A model generated the notes under the pieces. That model did not search any database. It was not told the DNA's origin and was given only the letters and a program-made list of their open reading frames with translations. A stretch of 57,728 bases of DNA from a virus (lineage: Duplodnaviria; Caudoviricetes): the IMG/VR virus record IMGVR_UViG_3300025151_004898, positions 1 to 57,728 of that record; one strand, given 5' to 3'. Positions 8,768 to 21,425 of the stretch are shown here, one piece after another. Position numbers and translations under genes: made by a program. Numbering within the stretch: position 1 is the first letter of the stretch; each line of letters opens with the position of its first letter.

Positions 8768-10402
8768 ATGATCAATAAAAAGCTAACTGAATTAGATTTT
8801 ACTGAAGTTAAAAGCAATTTGGCTGAATACATGCAGTCCAAAGAAAATACATTAGATTTTGATTGGACAGCAGATGGTTCTGTTGCAAATACTGTATTAG
8901 ATCTACTTGCATACAATACAATGTATTATGCATTCTATTCCAATATGCTTATCAATGAATCTTTTTTAGATACAGCACAGAGATTAGATAGCATTATATC
9001 CCTATCAAAACCATTAGATACTGAACTATCACATCGATTATCTGCGTCAGCAACACTGAATCTAGTAAATAATTCCTCTTCCACTATCACAATGCAACCA
9101 TACAAGACAACCTTTACCGGAGTTGCTCCAAATGGACTTACGTATGTGTTTTATTATACCGGAGGTGCCACAAATGAAGTTTTAGATCCTGACTTTGATC
9201 GGAATCAGTCATATAATCAGGTTGATGTTGCGCCAGATGAAACAATATCAGTAACAGTATACCAAGGGCAGAGAGTGTATTTAAATGTACCTGCTACTAA
9301 TTTTGACTATACCAATCAATATTTTTCTATCAATGATAAATCAATGGATCCACGCACACTGAGAGTATATGTCCAAGAAACATCTGATGGAACAAAGCAA
9401 TATTACAAAACAATTCAACAAGCAGATACAACCGCGAGCAGCAGAGTATATACTTTATCAACTACTCAAAAAGGTTATAATGTATTTTTTGGTGGGGAAC
9501 AATCATCTAGCGGATCTTACATAGGTCGAGGCGTTGGACCAGAGGAAACGGTATATTACAGCTATGTTTCCACGAGTGGTACAGTTGTTAATGGAGCACA
9601 AAAGTTCAAGTCAGGCAGTCTATTACAAGTAAAAAACCCGAACGTTATTGCTCGCGGAGGATACTCTACGCTTGATACAGAAACTGCTCGATTTATGGCA
9701 ATCCGTGGAGGAAAGGCACATAATGATAGACTGGTAACTGTATCTGATTTTTTATCCTACATTCTAGATTTAGGAAAAATAAACACAAATCCAAAGAAAC
9801 CAAATGCTAACATTTCTGTATACGGTAGTCCAGAATCCGCAGAAAAAACTAGCGGCACTATTTACTGGAGTGCTTATGATCAGATCACAGGAATAATCCC
9901 ATCAACATCTTCAGTTGTTACTGATATAGTTTCGGACATTGAAGACAAGGTAATGGCGGGACTAAAGTTTGAATATAAAGCACCAACAGAAATTAATTGG
10001 ACAATAACTCTGGTAGATAAAACTCAGCTATCAAAATTGTATGCCCAGTATCAGACTGGATTCAATTCCGTGCTAGTGGGAAGTGATATTGGTTGGAGTG
10101 CAGCAGCATTTAGTATCACGAAGATAGCATCAACACAAACAAAATTTGATATAAAAAATCCACTTAGCACGCTTGTAGTGACCGTACTAAAAGACGGAAC
10201 AAATCAAGAAGCTACGTTAAGTGGTGGCAATTTAGTTGTAGATGGAACAACAATCGGCACATATAGTTTGACTGCCGGTACTATTAGTCTTGATTCCACT
10301 ACGTTTACCTCGTTAGTCAGTATAACAGGAACAGCAGATCCAACACAATCAAATCTCAACGTTGCAAAACATGAAAATCTTGCAACAATCGCAGGTAATT
10401 AA
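8768..10402 (+). CDS. 6: Baseplate wedge subunit gp6
   Basis: LTELDF, DLLAYNT.Y..FY.NM..NESFLDTA, RLVTVSDF motifs. Confidence 0.9.
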   Translation: MINKKLTELDFTEVKSNLAEYMQSKENTLDFDWTADGSVANTVLDLLAYNTMYYAFYSNMLINESFLDTAQRLDSIISLSKPLDTELSHRLSASATLNLVNNSSSTITMQPYKTTFTGVAPNGLTYVFYYTGGATNEVLDPDFDRNQSYNQVDVAPDETISVTVYQGQRVYLNVPATNFDYTNQYFSINDKSMDPRTLRVYVQETSDGTKQYYKTIQQADTTASSRVYTLSTTQKGYNVFFGGEQSSSGSYIGRGVGPEETVYYSYVSTSGTVVNGAQKFKSGSLLQVKNPNVIARGGYSTLDTETARFMAIRGGKAHNDRLVTVSDFLSYILDLGKINTNPKKPNANISVYGSPESAEKTSGTIYWSAYDQITGIIPSTSSVVTDIVSDIEDKVMAGLKFEYKAPTEINWTITLVDKTQLSKLYAQYQTGFNSVLVGSDIGWSAAAFSITKIASTQTKFDIKNPLSTLVVTVLKDGTNQEATLSGGNLVVDGTTIGTYSLTAGTISLDSTTFTSLVSITGTADPTQSNLNVAKHENLATIAGN

Positions 10403-11847
10403 TGACACTACAATTCTACAATTCATTAGGATTTGATGGTAGCAATCCAGACGGTTCAGATGGGACCAATGAAAATACATCTGATAAGTTGTTACGAATT
10501 TCTAATAATCTTCCTAAAGAATATAACAATGCAGAATTCATAGAACTCCCAGTCATCAATAAGTATATTAGTGTAGAAACTCAATTACCACAATGGTTAG
10601 TAGAATCTAATAGAAATATTGACGCATTTCTTACTCAGATATTGCAGAATTATTATGATTGGTTATATGATAGCAATACTGGTAGTGGTTATTATCTAGA
10701 TGATAAATTTGCCACAATAAAGGATATTGAAGATATACCACCAGAATTAGTGGGGTATATTTTATCGAACTATCTTGCAGAATCTAGCTCACTAATGGAT
10801 GTGTATGTGCTGAGTTCAGAATTAAAGTTGGGAACTGTTTCTCTAAGAGAAGGTACAGTATTAATTGATCGCGGCGATACTGGCGTGGAGGTCATGGAAC
10901 ATGGTCTGATTATAAATGGTAATGTGCGAAATACGAAGGATGGTGGAATTTATTCTGCTCCGACGCAATCGACACAGGAAAGTGTATTAGTAATTTCTGA
11001 TATAAACTCACCATATGTTAATACCAAAACAAATCTATCGATTAATTCTTTTGGAAGAATAGTAGATAATTCAAATACTTCTGTGGAAGATAGTTTGGAC
11101 TCAGCGACGACTGATACTGCTCCAGTGGAAGTTGAAATATTACCACTAGTAACAACACAATCTGCTAGACGTTTTATGCTTAATATTACTGAGCAATTTT
11201 ATAATAACAAAGGAACGGCAAAAGGAATTTCATATTTTTTCAATACCTTGTTAGGAACAGAATCAGTTGAAGTCGTTTATGATGGAAAATCATCATACGA
11301 ATTAGTTCTGAATTGGAAAAATTATACTATACCCAAACACTACTATGAAGATTTCTACCTCACATATGTTCACCCCGTTGGTACTGCATATACACTAAAC
11401 CAACAGGTGTCTACAGACTTCCCATCAAGACCGGCACTTGGTGGTGGGGATTCTGGAGGCAATTCTGGTGATATACCACAATTTAGTGCATGGGAAGAAT
11501 TGACGTATGGAGACGGTGCATACGATACTACAGGCACAGGACAAGAAATTTCTGTTATTGGTAATTATTTCCCCTATACATTAGGGGATACTGGAGACAT
11601 AGCCGTTACAGCAGGTTGCTCCGGAGCAACCGTGAGTGGAATCACCAATGGTGCAACAGGTAATACGTATACAAATATGATAACATTTGCTTTCCCTGAC
11701 TGGAGTACCGCAGTTGAAATTGCTGGTTCAACCTTTGGTTTGATAAATATATACGAGTTTGCACACTTAGATGCAGCTTCAGGAAGCACTTCTCCAAATG
11801 ATGGACGAGTAGCAAATTATAGTTGTCCAGTAGGAGGATACACTTAA
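10402..11847 (+). CDS. 7: Baseplate wedge initiator, gp7-like (short)
   Basis: QLPQW, YYDWL, FYNNKGTAKGISYFF, VHPVG motifs; between gp6 and gp8. Confidence 0.7.
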   Translation: MTLQFYNSLGFDGSNPDGSDGTNENTSDKLLRISNNLPKEYNNAEFIELPVINKYISVETQLPQWLVESNRNIDAFLTQILQNYYDWLYDSNTGSGYYLDDKFATIKDIEDIPPELVGYILSNYLAESSSLMDVYVLSSELKLGTVSLREGTVLIDRGDTGVEVMEHGLIINGNVRNTKDGGIYSAPTQSTQESVLVISDINSPYVNTKTNLSINSFGRIVDNSNTSVEDSLDSATTDTAPVEVEILPLVTTQSARRFMLNITEQFYNNKGTAKGISYFFNTLLGTESVEVVYDGKSSYELVLNWKNYTIPKHYYEDFYLTYVHPVGTAYTLNQQVSTDFPSRPALGGGDSGGNSGDIPQFSAWEELTYGDGAYDTTGTGQEISVIGNYFPYTLGDTGDIAVTAGCSGATVSGITNGATGNTYTNMITFAFPDWSTAVEIAGSTFGLINIYEFAHLDAASGSTSPNDGRVANYSCPVGGYT

Positions 11848-13724
11848 TGTCTAATATCAGAAAAATATTGAACACCGGAACAAATAAGTACCAAAATGCC
11901 GTTAGAGAAATGAAACGAGCAATCTATTCTGATAATGTGTATGTGTCATTGCACGCAAATAGTCTGTCATCAAATGTTGACAATACATTAGAAAGTTTGA
12001 ATGAGTTCTGGATGTCTTCTGTTTTTATGCAAAGAGTAGTCCGTGATAATTATAGACTGTGCTTTCCTCGTGTAAATTGGACAAAATCAGAGCAATATGA
12101 TCGATATAACCCAGAGGAAAATCCCCAAACACAGAATTGTGTGATATTTGACGATAAAATCGGCAACGGTGTTTTGTTTTTGTGTGTAGGAAATAATATC
12201 CACAATAGAACCGATTATGCTAATTCTTCTGTATACAGACCTAGCTTTGGGTATACTAGCGTTGCAGATTTACCCTCGGGGGTAATAGAACATGCTGATG
12301 GGTATAGATGGATACCACTGGCGCAGACTGATGTTCGTTTTACTGATAGTGCATGGGTGTCATTGGAGGTTCGTGATGGTATCAGCTTCTTCGGTTCCGA
12401 TGAAGGTAATTACATTGATGATGGTGTCACCCTTCTAGATTTTAAAACAGCAGTTGCTGGAGGATCAGCCAGTGGTATTTCCTTTGGTCAAACTGGTGCC
12501 GTAAACTTTTATGCAGTAAATAACGAATATGACCAGACAGCATCGTCGGAAGTTCCGTCCGGATCAGTACTGTTCTCAACACAGAACATGGAAAGATATG
12601 ATGCCTTCCTGTTCCAACAAGCACTAAAGTTAAAAGGAAATGATACGCAGATCAGGTTTGATTCTGGTAATTCCTCTGGAGCATTGCCTTCCAGTATTAC
12701 CCCAGTACCACTTTATGATCAAATTGTAAATTCGCCATTTAGTGTAACATCACCTGTTGGTTGGTATAATAAACGAGTACGTGAATGGGAAGATAAAGCT
12801 GGATCTGTTGAGATGATCTACTTAGATCCCAAGGCTGGTAATTTGTCAGGTACAGATTTTAGATTTACTGGTTTAACAGCCCCATCAATAGAAGCAAAGG
12901 GAAATGGAACTTCACCTGTCGTAGATTTTATTACCACAAAGATAAATGATAATACATGGGAGATTAGAGGTGTTGAAGTTACAACCAATCTATCTACAAA
13001 CGAAAGAAACGTAGGTGTTGGTAATACTCGAATTGAGTTTGTAGTAGAAAATACTGATAATAATCTTGGGTTTGAAAATTCTATTAAGTATTTGCTCACA
13101 CCGTATGGTGGACTATTAAAGGAAGAAAACCTATATGGTCCAGTCATTCCGATAAACTCATTCATGATGAATGTAACCATAGACGAGAATGATATAGAAA
13201 CTACACTTGATAGAGCAGCAAGTAATATTAGTAGCCCAACACAGTTTGATGCATATTCTCTCATTGTTGACGCTAAAAATTATGCAAATGATAGAGAATT
13301 GGGAATGGATCTTCCTGCAAATAAAACAGAATTTTTAGATCAAACTCTGGTTGCAGACTTTTCGTTCAGTGGAGTAACAATTCCTGCTGCTGGAGATTTG
13401 ATTTATGAAGGCAACCCAAAGATAGGAACAGGGGTATCCCGTGGTTCTTTATTGGGTGTAGTACAAACCATAGAGTCTCCGGCACCCCCATTGAGTCCAT
13501 ATAACATTCAATTTACCACATCGCAACCTAGTGCATTTGGTTCTGGTAAAACTTTTTATATTGGATCAGGAACTTCTTTCAAAGAATACACCCAAGTCAC
13601 AACGACAAAAAATCCAGATGTCAAAGCCCTAACTGGAACGGTTGTTCATATGGGCAAATCAAGTTTTGATCTCAGTTCAGCAACAACTAAAAGAATAACA
13701 ATTAAATATATAACAAGGGTATAA
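11847..13724 (+). CDS. 8: Baseplate wedge subunit gp8-like
   Basis: PRVNW....YDRY, LFLCVGNN, DGYRW motifs; start moved to ATG 11847 (TAATG coupling). Confidence 0.75.
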   Translation: MSNIRKILNTGTNKYQNAVREMKRAIYSDNVYVSLHANSLSSNVDNTLESLNEFWMSSVFMQRVVRDNYRLCFPRVNWTKSEQYDRYNPEENPQTQNCVIFDDKIGNGVLFLCVGNNIHNRTDYANSSVYRPSFGYTSVADLPSGVIEHADGYRWIPLAQTDVRFTDSAWVSLEVRDGISFFGSDEGNYIDDGVTLLDFKTAVAGGSASGISFGQTGAVNFYAVNNEYDQTASSEVPSGSVLFSTQNMERYDAFLFQQALKLKGNDTQIRFDSGNSSGALPSSITPVPLYDQIVNSPFSVTSPVGWYNKRVREWEDKAGSVEMIYLDPKAGNLSGTDFRFTGLTAPSIEAKGNGTSPVVDFITTKINDNTWEIRGVEVTTNLSTNERNVGVGNTRIEFVVENTDNNLGFENSIKYLLTPYGGLLKEENLYGPVIPINSFMMNVTIDENDIETTLDRAASNISSPTQFDAYSLIVDAKNYANDRELGMDLPANKTEFLDQTLVADFSFSGVTIPAAGDLIYEGNPKIGTGVSRGSLLGVVQTIESPAPPLSPYNIQFTTSQPSAFGSGKTFYIGSGTSFKEYTQVTTTKNPDVKALTGTVVHMGKSSFDLSSATTKRITIKYITRV

Positions 13725-13736
13725 AAGGAAAACCAA

Positions 13737-14387
13737 ATGGGCGTAGAAGACAATCAATATCAAATCCCTAATCTAGATGCAAACACATCATTCTTTGCGT
13801 GGTATACCAAAGAAAATGATGAAGTCATTGCAAAGCTCAATAAACTTAAGTTATATGACATTGACATACCCGGTTCTCTTGCACAGGGCATCAGTGCTCA
13901 ACGTGGATCATCTGGCGGACAAACTTCTGGGTTCGTAGGATTTGCAATTGCCGGTTCAATTCCTCATGGGATAACACTTCAAGGTAATTTGGTGGTAACC
14001 GGAGATAATCTATTCACTGTAGAACACAAGACAGCATCAGTTACTGCTGGTATAACAAAAGGTAAGTTTGTATGTTTTGATCAATCTGGAGGAATAACAC
14101 TCACAAATGGAGCAACTTCCGGGATCACAACATCACCTTTCCATAAGAACGAAACAATTGGTGTTGTACACTCTATTGTAGGGAATACAGTTACTATTGC
14201 TGGTTCTGGTAAATATTCCGGCTTTACTGGATTAACCGTAGGTCAGGCATATTATCTTGACCCAACAACACTGGGCGGGTATACTACGAATGTACCAACA
14301 AACTCAGGCGAAACAAAGAAGAAATTATTCCTTTCAACAGGAACGGCAGAAGCTGTAATTCAAATTGGAGATTCTGACATAGTATAG
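13737..14387 (+). CDS. Virion structural protein, Gly/Thr-rich
   Basis: SD AAGGA; SFFAWYTKEN N-terminus; FTGLTVGQAYYL motif of the type seen in virion fibre/cement proteins; in late operon. Confidence 0.55.
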   Translation: MGVEDNQYQIPNLDANTSFFAWYTKENDEVIAKLNKLKLYDIDIPGSLAQGISAQRGSSGGQTSGFVGFAIAGSIPHGITLQGNLVVTGDNLFTVEHKTASVTAGITKGKFVCFDQSGGITLTNGATSGITTSPFHKNETIGVVHSIVGNTVTIAGSGKYSGFTGLTVGQAYYLDPTTLGGYTTNVPTNSGETKKKLFLSTGTAEAVIQIGDSDIV

Positions 14388-14388
14388 T

Positions 14389-14919
14389 ATGAATAGATCG
14401 TGTAAGCAGTGTAGCTCAAGAAAAATTACTTATTCCTTAGATGATGATTCGGGCAGACCGCCCGTAGATACGGAGATTAATAATATGGTTCGAAAAGGTT
14501 TTAGTATGGTGCAATCGTTTGCAACTTCGATGATTTCTCGTGGATTATCAAATAAGAAAACAAACAGACCCACAAAAAGACTTAGAGTTATTAGTTGCTT
14601 TGGTGATAGCTCAATTGGTGGGAATATCTCCCCGTGTGCAGGATTAATGTCAAGCAATGTAGAAAAAGGTAAATTCTACTGCGGTAAGTGTGGGTGTGGT
14701 GACAGAAAACAAACTTGGTTGATTGCTGATGGAGAATCATATTCAAAATTAGATTATCCCAAACTAAATTGTCCGCTATCCATGCCAGGATTTACTAACT
14801 ATAAACCATCAGAAAATAAAACAGACGATTCACGAAAGCGTGAAATTGAGCAATATGATATGGAAAAACTACAACAAATCACCATTAGCCTTCCATCCAA
14901 TGATGATATTGTAAAATAA
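14389..14919 (+). CDS. Cys-rich hypothetical protein, probably metal-binding
   Basis: CKQC, SCFG, PC, CGKCGCG, LNCP. Confidence 0.65.
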   Translation: MNRSCKQCSSRKITYSLDDDSGRPPVDTEINNMVRKGFSMVQSFATSMISRGLSNKKTNRPTKRLRVISCFGDSSIGGNISPCAGLMSSNVEKGKFYCGKCGCGDRKQTWLIADGESYSKLDYPKLNCPLSMPGFTNYKPSENKTDDSRKREIEQYDMEKLQQITISLPSNDDIVK

Positions 14920-14941
14920 AAATATTTGCACATCTAGATTC

Positions 14942-14949
14942 GATAAATA
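14942..14949 (+). promoter_or_regulatory. Late promoter variant
   Basis: GATAAATA in the intergenic gap before SD GAGGTG of gp13. Confidence 0.6.
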
Positions 14950-14964
14950 TCTAAGAGGTGTAAA

Positions 14965-15777
14965 ATGACAACAAGACCAAATTCCAGAGAAACTCTAATA
15001 GATTATGCTTTTAGAAGACTAGGTTCACCTGTGGTTGACATAAATGTTGACTATGCACAGGCAGAAGAAAGATTGGATGATGCACTAGAATACTTCGCAG
15101 AAAGACACTTTGATGGTGTAGAGCGTTGTATTTTCTCATATCAAGTACAGGATGAAGATATAGCAAATCAATATATTGATACAAAAAATATTGGTTTAGC
15201 GATGGGATTTACTGGAGCAGCCAGCCCAACTGGAAAGGATATGCTTTCCGTAACACGAGTATATAAGTTTGGCGCATTAGCAAATCAAAATATGTTTGAC
15301 ATTAGATATCAGTTAGCATTGACTGATTATTTTGGAATAAACAGGGGTCTTGGTTATAGCAGTTCTCTTGGCTTAGCTGGATACGATAGTACAATGAGAT
15401 ATATCAAGATGGTAGAACAGTTCTTTAATCCAGAACATGTGCTGCACTTTAGTAAAGTTACTGATAGATTAATAATGGACACAAAGTTAAGTAGTGAATT
15501 GACCCCCGGAAATTTCATTGTGATAGAGGGATATGCGGCATTAAATCCGACAGATTTCCCAAAGATTTTCAATGATCGTTACCTGAAAGAATATGTTACT
15601 GCCTTAATAAAACGTCAGTGGGGACAGAATTTATCCAAGTTTGATGGTGTCCAATTGACAGGTGGAGTTACATTGCGAGGTGGTCAGCTATATCAGGAAG
15701 CTCTTGCTGAAGTGGCACAAATAGAACAGAAAATGCAATCGGAATACGAACTACCAATCAACTTCATAACGGGATAA
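14965..15777 (+). CDS. 13: Neck protein gp13
   Basis: RRLGSPVVDINV, HFDG, LKEYVTALIKRQWGQNLSKF, GGVTL motifs. Confidence 0.95.
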   Translation: MTTRPNSRETLIDYAFRRLGSPVVDINVDYAQAEERLDDALEYFAERHFDGVERCIFSYQVQDEDIANQYIDTKNIGLAMGFTGAASPTGKDMLSVTRVYKFGALANQNMFDIRYQLALTDYFGINRGLGYSSSLGLAGYDSTMRYIKMVEQFFNPEHVLHFSKVTDRLIMDTKLSSELTPGNFIVIEGYAALNPTDFPKIFNDRYLKEYVTALIKRQWGQNLSKFDGVQLTGGVTLRGGQLYQEALAEVAQIEQKMQSEYELPINFITG

Positions 15778-15778
15778 C

Positions 15779-16762
15779 ATGCCAAGAAATCCATACATCC
15801 GAGATAACCAACGAGAACAGAAACTTCTTGAAGATCTTAACGTTGAAACAATACGTTCAATGGGGAGAGATGTATATTATATACCAAGAACGCTTAATGA
15901 CCAAGATAAAATTCTTGGTGAAGATAGCACTTCATCATTCAATTCTGCATACTTGATTGATATGTATCATGAGGATTCGCAGGCGTTTGGTGGAGAGGGT
16001 GATATAATTGGTAAATTTGGTATTGATGTAAAGGATCGGGCTTCTTTTAGGGTTGCACGAAGAACTTTCATGCAGGAAGTTACAAAACGCAATAGTTTCA
16101 TTGATCGTCCACGGGAGGGCGATTTGATCTATTACCCCCTCTCTGGTAGTTTGTTCGAAATAACATTTGTTGAGCATGAGAACCCACTATACCAACTAGG
16201 TCAATTGTATTCGTTCGTTCTGTTTGTTGAGACATTTGCATACAATAATGAAGATTTTGCAACTGGGATATGTGATATTGATGAATGCTTTGAAGCTGCA
16301 AGGAAACAACGAGCGCAGGTACTTACTCTTGGGGAGTTTACTAACATTCCCGGATACACAGAGAACTACTTTAAAGGTGAAATTGTATATCAAGTTGATG
16401 GAGCATCGGGTACTGATGAAGATGCCATTATAGGAAATGCAACCGCAACAGCAGAGGTTATTGATTGGAATCCAGAGACACTAGAACTTACTGTTGGCAA
16501 TATTGATGGTACATTTAAGCCAACTGATGATGGTGGTATTGGGATTCCAAAACCCCAAACGATTAGAGGCAATAGTAGCAATGCGGAAAGAGTCTTACCA
16601 GCAGCCGGACTTGAACCGATAGCTGATGCAGACTTCTTTACTCAAATCAATACTGTTACTGATGAACTAGATGGTGATAATGAAGAAATTAATTTGGAAA
16701 TAGAAAAAGATGATTTGGTTGATTTTGATGATAACAACCCATTCTCGGAAGGTAGCTATTAA
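15779..16762 (+). CDS. 14: Neck protein gp14
   Basis: DVYYIPR, KFGIDV, RPREGDLIYYP, LFEITFVEHENP, C-terminal DFDDNNPF. Confidence 0.95.
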   Translation: MPRNPYIRDNQREQKLLEDLNVETIRSMGRDVYYIPRTLNDQDKILGEDSTSSFNSAYLIDMYHEDSQAFGGEGDIIGKFGIDVKDRASFRVARRTFMQEVTKRNSFIDRPREGDLIYYPLSGSLFEITFVEHENPLYQLGQLYSFVLFVETFAYNNEDFATGICDIDECFEAARKQRAQVLTLGEFTNIPGYTENYFKGEIVYQVDGASGTDEDAIIGNATATAEVIDWNPETLELTVGNIDGTFKPTDDGGIGIPKPQTIRGNSSNAERVLPAAGLEPIADADFFTQINTVTDELDGDNEEINLEIEKDDLVDFDDNNPFSEGSY

Positions 16763-17430
16763 TGTTTGAGTTTTTTAGTAACGAATCTTTGAGAAAACTG
16801 GTAGTTGGATTTGGAAACCTATTCAACGATGTGTATGTCGGAAAATTTAACGATAATGGTGAACTTCTGGAAAAAAATAGAGTACCTATCACATATGGTC
16901 CAAAAGAGAAGTTTATCAGAAGAATACAGGAGCCAAGTACGATTTCTGAAGATGTTAGAGTCGAAGTAACATTGCCTAGATTGGGATTTGAAATGCTAGG
17001 AATGAACTATGATCCAACAAGAAAAGTCAATAAACTGAGGCAAACATACTTATTGGATGATAATGGAAATCCAGTCATTGATGAAAATGGTATGCTGGCA
17101 TTTAATTATTCTGAGGTTCCTTATTTGGTAAATTTTGGACTATACGCATTTACCAGAACAATAGAAGAAAACTTGCAAATAGTTGAACAGGTTGCTTCTA
17201 TATTCTCTCCAGAATTTGTTATTTCTTTAAATTTCAATAAATTGAATAGAGGAGTAAATGTTCCTGTAATATTGACGAGCACTGGCATGTCAGAGTTATA
17301 CGAGGGTAGTTTTTTAGAAAAGCGTCTTGTAACAACTAGTTTTAGTTTTCTTGCAAAGAGCTTCATCTATGGCGAGGAAAAAACGAAACCAGCAATAGAG
17401 AATCCATTAATAAATCTTGACGGTGAATAA
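16762..17430 (+). CDS. 15: Tail sheath stabilizer/terminator gp15
   Basis: FGNLFND, VPITYGPKEKF, LPRLGFEM, YDPTRK, QIVEQ motifs. Confidence 0.95.
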   Translation: MFEFFSNESLRKLVVGFGNLFNDVYVGKFNDNGELLEKNRVPITYGPKEKFIRRIQEPSTISEDVRVEVTLPRLGFEMLGMNYDPTRKVNKLRQTYLLDDNGNPVIDENGMLAFNYSEVPYLVNFGLYAFTRTIEENLQIVEQVASIFSPEFVISLNFNKLNRGVNVPVILTSTGMSELYEGSFLEKRLVTTSFSFLAKSFIYGEEKTKPAIENPLINLDGE

Positions 17431-17435
17431 AAATT

Positions 17436-19596
<2,161 letters not shown>

Positions 19597-19632
19597 ACAT
19601 AGACAAAAGTATCTTCTCTGGTAGGGAATAAA

Positions 19633-20862
19633 ATGGCAATAAATATCACACAGAACTTTTCGACTGAATCTAATCTTAGAATAGCACCCACCACAACAGC
19701 AGCACCCAGTCCATTCATGGCAGCTCTTGTTGGACCTTCATCATCGTCATTTGTAAATGCAGTCGGAACAAAAGAAGAAAAATCAGAAAATATTGTTAAA
19801 ATTGGTAGTATTACTGAATTATATTCTAGATTGAGTGAGAATAATGTAGATCCAACCACTGCTGATTGGGGTGGGGTTTTTTATTCCGCACTAAGTTATT
19901 TGATGTATGGTGGAATACTTTATGTTATCGGTTCCGGAGATCCGTATTCCCTATTAGAACGAAGTGATTTGTCCGTTCAGGCAGTGTTTAGTCATGATGC
20001 ATCATCAAATATCAATAACAGAATACAGCAGATTGCAACAGCAAAAAGAATAGTGGGTATATCTGCCCACTATCAGACCGAGTATATTGGGGATACTCCA
20101 AATAGTAAAAATTCTTTAAACCCAACAACCCCATCAGTTACTTCCGGTGATATGTACGGAACCCATGTAGTTGGTGAGAAAAACCAAACTTCATATAATG
20201 GAGCAACAACTGTATCTTCTCTATTATCAGCAGATTTTGCTGGGTTAATGGCAGAAAAGCAGCAGAAGTCTAATGTTGCAAGTTCTCCCGCAGGAATAGA
20301 ATCGGTATTGAGAAATGGTCAGTTAAAGTTCACCATCGATCCAGTAACTGAAAATTACCTATCAAATCAGAAGATAAATTATTTTAAAACCATAGATGGA
20401 AATGCAGTTCTATGGGGAGATACAACGAGAAATCCACAGGCAAACACACCATTGTCCCATGTTGGTGGTGTGCGTACTTATATGGAGATATCTAGGGGGT
20501 TAGAAAAAATCTCTGATGAAGCTATGTTTAAAGCAAATGATAGCCAAGTTCGAACAGTATGGTCAACTAAAGCAAATTCTATGCTAAAACGAATGCTCAA
20601 TTCGAATTTACTTACCGGATACAATGTTGTGTGTGACGAAACAAATAATCCTCCCAATATAGTTAATAGCAACCTATTAAGAGCATTTGTTTCGTTTACT
20701 CTTAGTGGATATGTTACATCAATCGAGTTGCTTATGAATACCAATACAAGAAATACTACAACAACAATAACACCCACAACCACATCCACATCTAGCACAA
20801 CGACATCTACCAGATCGACATCTACCAGATCGACATCAAGTAGCTCTGGATCATCATACTAG
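19633..20862 (+). CDS. 18: Tail sheath protein, gp18-like (short, divergent, Thr/Ser-rich C-terminal tail)
   Basis: SYLMYGG, SPAG, LWGD, VRTY, YNVVCDETNNPP sheath motifs; between gp17 and gp19. Confidence 0.85.
   Translation: MAINITQNFSTESNLRIAPTTTAAPSPFMAALVGPSSSSFVNAVGTKEEKSENIVKIGSITELYSRLSENNVDPTTADWGGVFYSALSYLMYGGILYVIGSGDPYSLLERSDLSVQAVFSHDASSNINNRIQQIATAKRIVGISAHYQTEYIGDTPNSKNSLNPTTPSVTSGDMYGTHVVGEKNQTSYNGATTVSSLLSADFAGLMAEKQQKSNVASSPAGIESVLRNGQLKFTIDPVTENYLSNQKINYFKTIDGNAVLWGDTTRNPQANTPLSHVGGVRTYMEISRGLEKISDEAMFKANDSQVRTVWSTKANSMLKRMLNSNLLTGYNVVCDETNNPPNIVNSNLLRAFVSFTLSGYVTSIELLMNTNTRNTTTTITPTTTSTSSTTTSTRSTSTRSTSSSSGSSY
20801..20837 (+). repeat. 15-bp tandem repeat (about 2.5 copies) encoding TSTRS
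   Basis: CGACATCTACCAGAT x2 followed by CGACATC. Confidence 0.9.
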
Positions 20863-20873
20863 GAGACAGTAAC

Positions 20874-21404
20874 TTGGGAAGTAACAGCCTACAAGACTTT
20901 ATAAATGACTTTAAGGGCGGTAATAGAGGTCACCGTTATGATGTGGTAATGGATTATCCTACACAGATTACTGGGACTAGTGCTACTGATTTGAATAGAT
21001 TTTTTGTTCGGTCTGCTGCATTACCAGCAAGTCAAATAAATCCAATAAGGATACCATATAGAGGAAGAGTTTTAAAGTACCCTGGCGATAGGATTTTCTA
21101 TCCATGGACATTTAGGGTTCTAGATCAAAATGACGGTGAAAATAAATCCATATGGAATAATTTTAATGCATGGAGCAATTACATCAATGAATACGAAGCA
21201 AATACGCATAATGATGACTGGGATAGCATCACTACTGAGTGGAAAATAAAACAAACAGATGCACAGGGTGAAGATGCAAAAACTGCAACACTTTACGGTT
21301 GTTGGCCAACAGTCGTTGGACCAATAACGCTCGATTCTAACGCCATAGATACTTTAGTAGAATTTACAGTAACTGTAGAATATCAATGGGCAGAAATCGA
21401 TTAA
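20874..21404 (+). CDS. 19: Tail tube protein gp19
   Basis: AALPAS, IPYRGR...PGDR.F.PW, GCWP, EFTVT motifs; TTG start 8 nt after AGGAG. Confidence 0.93.
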   Translation: MGSNSLQDFINDFKGGNRGHRYDVVMDYPTQITGTSATDLNRFFVRSAALPASQINPIRIPYRGRVLKYPGDRIFYPWTFRVLDQNDGENKSIWNNFNAWSNYINEYEANTHNDDWDSITTEWKIKQTDAQGEDAKTATLYGCWPTVVGPITLDSNAIDTLVEFTVTVEYQWAEID

Positions 21405-21425
21405 TATTATGGAGAACGATAAAAA

